From Octopus vulgaris (lineage: Eukaryota), in NCBI GenBank assembly GCA_951406725.2, contig OX597815.1:6200001-6264000 (forward strand): a stretch of 64,000 nt of DNA. Reading direction: 5' to 3'. Numbering within the stretch: the first letter of the stretch is position 1; every line of letters starts with the position of its first letter. The notes under the pieces are model-generated. The model saw only the letters and a program-made list of their open reading frames with translations. It was not told the origin of the DNA and did no database searches. A program made the translations under genes and the position numbers. Below, piece after piece: positions 55,324-64,000 of this stretch.

Positions 55324-55900
55324 GTACTTGTACTTGTACTTGTGACGGCGTTCACCCAGGGCGGGTTGAGCCGGTTTCTTCTCTGGTCCAATAGCATCAC
55401 GAAGCATGGCAAGCCCACGCTCGATTGCCCTGTGTGAAGTCACTGGAGATAGCGAGCCATTCGCGGTTCCATCTGCGCAGACCGACCACCTGCGGATCTG
55501 AGGGTTCGGAGAGGTCCTTCTTTATCGTCGTTGCCCAGGTCTTCAGCTGCCCGCCCGTGCGTTTGCGCCAGCTGGGAAATGGAGGTGGGAGGAGGACATC
55601 GCGAATCAGCTCACCCTCAGTCTAACCCCTCCTCAAAGCGGTAGGGTGGTGTAAACGGGCAGTGTCAGAGCTATGCCGTCGGGAACTTCGGTTCCTGGTA
55701 GGGACACCCGAGGCGGATTGGTCTGGCACCGAGCGGTATTAGGGCCGCTTGAAAATTCCAAGAGGCGTCTGATCGGCAACCGGCGGCTTCGAAGTCGTTC
55801 TGTCCCCGCGTCTGTGGAGACTCCGCGGCAAACAGGGCGTCCCGTCACTCGGGATATGCATTGCGGGATGTCGGGGACCGCTTGTGAATTCAATATTCCC
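55324..55900 (-). mobile_element. GC-rich RTE-type element: 3' ORF end with (CAAGTA)n tail joined to a GC-rich apparently non-coding segment
   Basis: Minus strand EGELIRDVLLPPPFPSWRKRTGGQLKTWATTIKKDL..VVGLRRWNREWL (55620-55440); tail at 55324-55343. Confidence 0.7.
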
Positions 55901-56319
55901 ACGAAACTTCTTCTATGAATCCTAAACTGTGATGGTATCTAGAGGATACCAAAACGGTACAATATTAGCTATATGAAGACACCTTTATCATCAGCCGAAC
56001 TTCACCAGTGCCACACGAATGGCCGTGTACAATACAGGATGTTTATCGGCCATATTGTATGCGCATCTACATATTTTATCTCAACATCCGATAGCTTTCT
56101 TTTCTTCTCTCGAGATCATTGAACATGCATACAACTCTGCACAGACTTGCACATTTTATTAGTGCATGCAATCATCTGTTTCTGCACGCTGTCATAATTT
56201 ATCTATGTTATTTCACCTCATTTCACCTTTTATTGATTGCTGCTATCTCGTTTATCAGCGAATGCTATATCGACCACAAAACTGTGTCTGCCTGCTAACA
56301 TTGGATTATATGGACTAGG

Positions 56320-56364
<45 letters not shown>

Positions 56365-56603
56365 ACGTACGTACATACATACATACATACATACATACAT
56401 ACATACATACATACATACATACATACATACATACATACATACATGTGTGTATGTAATATTGTTAGTTTTTATGTCGAGTTACAGTAGAAACAATTTTACA
56501 TAAAGCTGAAGGATTACTCAATAATTTTTGTCGAGTACATATATTTTTACAATAATAGTGATGACTGTAACTTCGAAGTCTCGGCCTGTCAGCCTTCAAC
56601 TGA

Positions 56604-56637
<34 letters not shown>

Positions 56638-56639
<2 letters not shown>

Positions 56640-56845
56640 CGGGAAGCTTTATGAAAATAAACAAAAGACGAAGGCAGGTGGAATACAAACAAACAATTGT
56701 ATTAGTGTGGCGCTTAGGAATAGAAATAAAACAAGTCTTTTACGTTTCGAGCCTACGCTCTTCGACAGAAAGATACACAGAAAAGAAACACGGAGAGAAA
56801 CAAGGAGAGAAAAAAATGCATGCAGAGGCTAGCGAATCAACATCG
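56638..56845 (-). mobile_element. PLE-like short element with minimal hammerhead (56736-56773), 3' end in (TA)n
   Basis: Minus strand TCTTT-CTGTCGA-A-GAGC-GTAG-GCTC-GAAACGTA-AAAGA; copy of 7838-8050. Confidence 0.65.
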
Positions 56846-56865
56846 ATAGATAGATAGATAGATAT

Positions 56866-56981
<116 letters not shown>

Positions 56982-58043
56982 AACTTGGAAATGGATGCGT
57001 GGGTTCGATCACATAATATAAATAAAGAGAAACGAGACAAGCAACATGAAGAACAGTCCTTTAATCAGTTGTCCCCTGTTTTATCTACTCCTCGAAATGT
57101 GGAATAGATAAAACAGGGGACAACTGATGAAGGGATTGTTCTTTATGTTGCCTGTTTCATTTCTCTATTTGTCTCTTTCGTTGTTCGAAAGAAAAGTTCG
57201 TTTTCCATGTTTTCGTTTCTCATTTTGTTCACGTTTTTTTTTTATGTCCTGTACCCACATATATGCATGTATATATACATATATATGGCTCAGACGGATG
57301 AGGAAGGAACAAAAGCCTTCGTAAAATGGGGAAAGGGCTTTAGTCGAGCAAATCGACCCCAGGACTTTGCTTTGTAAGCCTAGTACTTATTCAATCGGTT
57401 CTTTTGCCTATCCGCTAAGTTACGGGGACGTATACACACCACCATCGGTTGTCAAGCGATGTTGACACACACACATATATATATGATGGGCTTCTTTCAG
57501 TTTCCATCTATCAAATCCACTCACAAGACTTTGGTAAGCCAAAGGCTATAGCAAGAGACACTTGCCCAAGGTGTGTCATGCAGTGGAACTGAACCCGGAA
57601 CTATGAGGTTGGGAAGTAAGCTTCTTACCTGACAGTCACACCTGCGCCTATTTATAAATTTTGTTAAGCATTTATTTTAATTACTATTATCATTATTGCA
57701 TAGAATTACTTTAAATGTCGAAGTCTCCACTAATATTGCGAACAAAGAAATTTTAATGAATTTTTAATTCGACCAAGATCAGACACCTTCCCCTGTGCAT
57801 TACCCGAATTCTATTTTTAATTCACTTTAATTAAAATTTCGAGGTTGTTTCCCTCAAGTATTAGACATTAGCTAATTGTTTTATAGTGTTATGTTAATTA
57901 CGAACTGTAGTATTACGTGACTTGTCGAGATTCTCGTGCTCACGCGTACTGGTGTCTGTATTAAAAGCAGGCCAACGTTTTAATATGAAAATCGAACTGT
58001 CAGGTTTTATTCAGAACCTTTTTCTTATTATTAACCGCAGATC

Positions 58044-58452
58044 GGCGAGCTGGCAGAATCCTTAGCACGCCGGGCGAAATGCTTAGCGGTGTTTCGTCTG
58101 CTGTTACGTTCTGAGTTCAAATTCCACCGAGGTCGACTTTGCCTTTCATCCTTTCGGGGTCGATAAATTAAGTACCAGTTACGCACTGGGGTCGATATAA
58201 TCGACTTAATTCGTTTGTCTGTCCTTGTTTGTCCATGCTGTGTTTAGCCCCTTGTGGGTAGTAAAGAAATAGGTATTTCGTCTGCCGCTACGTTCTGAGT
58301 TCAAATTCCGCCGAGGTCGACTTTGCCTTTCATTCTTTCGGTGTCGATTAAATAAGTACCAGTTACGCACTGGGGTCGATATAATCGACTTAATCTGTTT
58401 GTCCTTGTTTGTCCCCTCTGTGTTTAGCCCCTTGTGGGCAGTAAAGAAATAA
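58044..58452 (+). mobile_element. SINE family B, head plus two body units; single copy at 59107-59332
   Basis: Match to family B. Confidence 0.85.
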
Positions 58453-59504
58453 GAATCGTTTGTTTGCCGGACAAAAATGCGTAGTAGAATTTCTTCCGGT
58501 TTTACATTCTGAGTTCAAATCCCACCGCAAGCATGGTCTGGTTTTCCTCTGGTCTATGATTCTCAAATCCTTTATGCTTTCTATCAATCAACATCTTTTG
58601 AATTTATTGACCCCCCTTATTTTCTCTGTTTGTAATCCCTTACGCTACAGTAGTCCCATGCCTTTTATGGGGCAAAATCGTTAAAAATAAAAGTGCTGGG
58701 ATCCCCTATTAGGAAGAAAAACACGACATCATCCTGCATTTGTGATAACATCAGCATTAATGACGAAATCAGCAATGATAACATCGGCAAAGATTATATC
58801 AGATCAGTTATTGTGATAACACTGGCGATGCTGATGACATCAGCTGTGATGATAACATTAGCAATGATAATAGCACAAATTTGAAAAGAGCAGATGATGG
58901 CGATATATGAAGTAATCGCGCTGACTGCAGTTGCAAATGAACAATTGTAAAACATCAAAAAATGAACAATGAAAGAAAAAAATGTCTGCCAATTTGAACA
59001 TTTACAATATGGCCTATATGATATTTTCGATATTTCTTGGAAACATTCTTTTCTTCTTTTTCCCTCTTTTTTGTTTCCATTCGTTCTACGTAGAATGGGA
59101 ATATGAGTTGGCAGAAGCGTTAGCACGCCGGGCGAAATGCTTAGCGGTATTTCGTCTGCGTTACGTTGTGAGTTCAAATTCCGCCGAGGTCGACTTTGCC
59201 TTTCATCCTTTCGGGGTCGATAAATTAAGTACCAGTTACGCACCGGGGTCGATGTAATCGACTTAATACCTATGTCTGTCCTTATTTGTCCCCTCTGTGT
59301 TTAGCCCCTTGTGGGTAATAAAGAAATAGGTAATTTCAGTCATACGCGATGGAAACCGGTTTAAGTTTCGGTCCTCTGAGTTTTAGGGCTCAAACAGAAG
59401 TCTTATGAAAACGGGGTCAGATATTTTACCAAGGAATCGGATCTACTAACGTCTGCTTTCGTTTAATGTCGCACAAAACACTTAATTAAAAGACTAAAAT
59501 TTTC

Positions 59505-59540
<36 letters not shown>

Positions 59541-59794
59541 CGAATTTCTAAATAAATTATATTGTTGAAACGAAGCTAGACGTGCTGTGAATGCAAAAGC
59601 GAGCATAAAAGAATAAAAAACATGCCAACCTACTTTTGTTGTTTTACAAAGGAAACGTGTATTCGTAGACTAGAACTAATAATGAGATTAATTGAATTCT
59701 CTAATGAGAGGAAGGAACTGTTTCAGTAGTACTGTAGTAATGTCTACAAAGAATATTGCCATATAACTAGATTCTTGTACTACAAAACGAAACT

Positions 59795-59831
<37 letters not shown>

Positions 59832-60002
59832 GGAAAATCAATTATGGACTAACTTCCAACCATAAAACTTCAAAACAGGGGTATGGAAAAAGGTAATAAT
59901 TATATTAAAATAATGTGGTGCTCCAGCATGGCCACAGTCCATTGCCTGAAACTACTAAAACAAAAGATTTATACACTGATACATAATATAATGTATGTAG
60001 CC

Positions 60003-61143
60003 GTGGTGTCGCAATGGCCCAGTGGTTAGGGCAGCGGACTCACGGTCGTAGGATCGTGGTTTCGATTTCCAGACCGAGCGTTGTGAGTGTTTATTGAGTG
60101 AAAACACCTAAAGCTCCACGAGGCTCCAGCAGGGGGTTGTGGCAAGCCCTACTGTATTCTTTAACCACAACTTTCTCTCGCTCCTTCTTGTTTCTGTTGT
60201 ACCTGTATTTCAAAAGGGCCAGCCTTGTCATACTCTGTGTCACGCTGAATCTCCCCCAAGATCTACATTAAGGGTACACATGTCTGTGGAGTGCTCAGCC
60301 ACTTACACGTTAATTTCACGAGCAAGCTGTTCCATTGATTCAGATCAAGTGGAACCCTCGTCGTCGCAACCGACGGAGTGTCACGTGTGTATGTAGATAT
60401 AGGCATGGCTGTGTGGTAAGAAGCTTTCTTCCTAGCAATACGGTTCCGGGTTCAGTCCCGCTGCTTGGTGCTTTCGACAAGTGTCTTCTACTACAGCCTC
60501 GGGTCGACCAAGGCCTTGTGAGTTGATTTGGTAGACGGAAACTGAAAGAAGCCTGTTGTATATACACACGCACATATAATTATATATATGTGTGTGTCTG
60601 TGTTTGTCCCCCACCGTCGTTTTTATATTCGGTGTTGTTGTGTTTACGTCCCCGTAACTTAGCGGTTCGTCAAAAGACATACAAAAATAAGTACTGGAGT
60701 CGATTCGTTCGACTAGACTTCTTCAAGGCCGCAGTCTAATGACTGAAACAAGTAAAAGATCTCTCTTTTCACAGTCATTTGACTGTGGCCATGCTGGAGC
60801 ACTGTCTTTAGTCGAGCAAATCGACTCCAGGACTTATTCTTTGTAAGCCTATTACTTACTCTATCGGTCTCTTTTGCCGAACCGCTAAGTTACGGGGACA
60901 TAAACACACCACCATCGGTTGTCAAGCGATGTTGGGGGACAGACACACAAACATATACACACACATATATATTATACATATATACGATGAGCTTCTTTCA
61001 GTTTCCGTCTACCAAATCCACTCACAAGGCTTTGGTCGGCCCGAAACTATAGTAGAAGACACTTTGCCCAAGGTACTACGCAGTGGGAATGAACCCGGAA
61101 CCATGTGGTTGGTAAGCAAGCTACTTACTACACAGCCACTCCA
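60003..61143. mobile_element. SINE cluster: family C 60003-60383 (+), family A 60401-60760 (+), family A 60761-61143 (-)
   Basis: Matches to families C and A; the two A copies are tail to tail. Confidence 0.85.
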
Positions 61144-61640
61144 GCGAATGTAATAGATTCTTTGGTTCAGAGAAATTCATACACAAATGTATACATACAG
61201 ACAAATAGCAAAACGTGACATACGTAAATATATTAATATTCGAAATAAAGCAAAAATCATCTGGTTTGAATTTATTCTTTCAAACAAACAAACAAAAAGA
61301 AAACAGCATAAAAAAATAAACCGAAGGCTTCTGTCTGTCTGTCTGTCTCTCTCTCTTTCTTTCCCCCAAGACAGAATTAATGAGGTTTCTATTTAAGCAG
61401 AAACGGTCATTTGGACACAAGATCGCATTGAATTCCAGCAAAGAATCGGCGCTGCTTACTCAAGCTCCCACGTCTTCGTTTTTCCTAATATCTGTCCCGC
61501 CACTAAGTCTGTTGACCTCTTCGACTGCTTCTCCTAAAGGTCATTTCCAAATTTGCCTTTCTGTTGTTTTTTTTTTATTTTATGAAATAAATCAGTCGGT
61601 GGAGACACCTTATCTTTAAACTACACACCACCACTTTATT

Positions 61641-61949
61641 TCTTCAGGAAATAATAATAATAATAAATTAGGGAATCTACGAGAAACCACCATGCTGAAA
61701 GTAGCAGCCATGATCTGACTCTAAAACCACCTAAATTGTCCATATATCAGCACGGAGAGAAAATAAAGAGAGACAAGATGAAACTACAGTAATTTTTTAC
61801 TAGCTTCATCTTGTTTCTTTATTTTCTCTCCGTGTTGATATATGGAAAATTAAGGTGGTTTTAGAGTCAGATCATGGCTGCTATTTTCAGCATGGTGGTA
61901 TCTCGTAGATACCCTAATTTATAATTTTAATAATTATTACCTTTGAAGA
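61641..61949. repeat. Fold-back inverted repeat (~140-bp arms, ~14-bp spacer)
   Basis: AAATTAGGGAATCTACGAGAAACCACCATGCTGAAAGTAGCAGCC... is inverted as ...GGCTGCTATTTTCAGCATGGTGGTATCTCGTAGATACCCTAATTT. Confidence 0.85.
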
Positions 61950-62015
61950 TTATTTTTTCCATGTTGATCACTTGATAAAATCGTTATTTTATTTTTAAAT
62001 TAACGATCTTATCCT

Positions 62016-62074
<59 letters not shown>

Positions 62075-62356
62075 ATGGTTGTATACTGTCAATCTAACAC
62101 GAACGTGACTGTAGGGGTTACACCACCGCTGTTTAGCCCTAGGAAGCATCGACGCCTCTTGATGGCTTTGACACATTTTTCCTGTGTCCTTATATACATT
62201 TACGAAGGGGAGACAACCCCCACCCCCAGCCGCCCGGGGCTGCATCTAGGGACACGTGTTTCAGGATGATTGTCGGCCTAGAGTAGCAGACACCGGTCAG
62301 CTGACGACATTTATCTCGACTCGCAATGTATATATCTAAATTTCAGTGAAGTCTAT

Positions 62357-62388
<32 letters not shown>

Positions 62389-62751
62389 CTTCTTTCAGCT
62401 TCCCTCTACTAAATACACTCATGAGGCTTATTTGGTCGGCCCGAACCTGTTGCAGTAAATATTCTCCCACGGTGCCTGCTACGCAGTGGTTCTGAACCCG
62501 GAACTATATTGCTGAGAAGCAAATATTTATATTATTATATTGTACGCGATGACACTGCTTAGTAAATGATTGATGTCTATAATTACAAACTTGTTACCAG
62601 TTCAAATATGCTTGGACCCGTAAGAAAGCCAGTCGCTGTATTTTGTGATGGAAAAACTTGTTCGTAGGGAGAAAATGTCTCTACTCAGTGGCTTTCTTAT
62701 GGGTTCGAAATGCCTCAAACATATTTGAAGTGGTTTGTGATTATATATAAT

Positions 62752-63085
62752 AACTAGCAGTATCGCCCGGCGTTGCTCGGGTTTGTTTCGACCCTTTAGA
62801 ATTGGAATTTTTGAAAAGTGAAAATTTGGCATTATGTAGCTTGTTATTCTCTTTAAGAGAACATTTTTCTGGTTGAAATACTCTCTTTACTTGTTTTAGT
62901 CATTTGACTGCGGCCATGCTGGAGCACCGCCTTTAGTCGAGCAAATCGACCCAGGACTTATTCTTTGTAAGCCTAGTACTTATTCTATCGGTCTCTTTTG
63001 CCGAACCGCTAAGTGACGGGGACGTAAACACACCAGCATCGGTTGTCAGGCAATGCTAGGGGGACAAACACAGACACACAAACAT

Positions 63086-63122
<37 letters not shown>

Positions 63123-63552
63123 CATACATATATACGACGGGCTTCTTTCAGTTTCCGTCTACCAAATCCACTCACAAGGTTTTGGTTGGCCCGAGGCTAT
63201 AGTAGAAGACACTTGCCCAAGGTGCCACGCAGTGGGACTGAACCCGGAACCATGTGGCTGGTAAGCAAGCTACTTACCACACAGTCACTCCTGCGCCGAA
63301 AAATGGTGAGACAGCAGTCAAAAAATCGTAAAAAGTAGGGATTTTCTTAGAAAAAAAGCACCATTTTGATGTAAATAATTTTTGGTGTTAACATGGTCCG
63401 ATTTGAATTTTTTCTTCTACGAAAGGAAGAGCAAGCCATCTTCTATCATACTCTCAATTTTGGTCAACTTGTGCCGCAGGGTTTCGGAGGAGATAGTGTT
63501 AGATGAAGGCTACCAAACCTGCCATACACAGACAACTTCAACTTTATATAGA
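62752..63552 (-). mobile_element. Helitron-like element split by a nested SINE family A (62881-63296, -)
   Basis: Removing the SINE restores GTTGAAATA(CA)CCGAAAAATG as seen at 43570-43590. Confidence 0.8.
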
Positions 63553-64000
63553 GGGAGATATATATAAAACGATTGCCTTCGTAGCGTTGCGGTGGGATGA
63601 CGAAGAATCTCCGTTTGGATATTTGTGAGTAGAGACAATAGAGGTACGAGCGAGAGGAAGAAATCATTGAAAATATTAAAAAGGAGAGTTGACTTCTTGG
63701 AGGAAAACGAAGGAATTCGGGATCTTCTCTGTTTGACTGCACCTGCTGAAATTTCCAAGTTTGGTGGAAATTATAAAATTTCTTCAACTTGGAAGATAAT
63801 TCAGGAGATAATTCACCTTTTCCAGAAAATATTTTTAAAAAAAAGTTACGGGTTGAGAAAGGTTGGAATATTTTTAGAAAAACAAAATAGACTTTTTATA
63901 TTGTAATGGATTCCTTGGTTCAGAAAAGTTGTGGTAAGTAGCTTGTTTACCAACCACATGGTTCCGGGTTCAGTCCCACTGCGTGACACCTTGGGCAAGT

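Noticed and set aside
63625-63906. 93-aa non-repetitive ORF
   Set aside because: It has a non-ATG start and no recognisable domain or splice support. It may be an old element remnant and cannot be assigned.

Overview
Repeat-saturated, AT-rich eukaryotic DNA, most likely intronic or intergenic sequence of an octopus-like coleoid cephalopod (inferred from the repeat families and microsatellite load). No host protein-coding gene is recognisable, and nearly all ORF-track entries are microsatellite or SINE translations. The window holds about 20 copies of one tRNA-derived SINE, three further SINE types, and 3' fragments of R4/Dong-type, CR1-type and RTE-type LINEs. It also holds decayed Tc1 and mariner transposons, non-autonomous Helitron-like elements, minisatellites and one candidate 117-bp exon. 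The main signal, read by eye, is a set of (TA)n-anchored, often fold-back elements carrying hammerhead ribozyme motifs. Two canonical type I hammerheads sit back to back in a 224-bp near-perfect inverted repeat (11681-12160). Two more fold-backs with hammerheads cluster at 29450-30500, a single hammerhead lies at 7222-7287, and a dispersed family carries minimal hammerheads with variant cores. These resemble Penelope-like (PLE) pseudo-LTRs or retrozymes. Ribozyme activity and novelty are untested.
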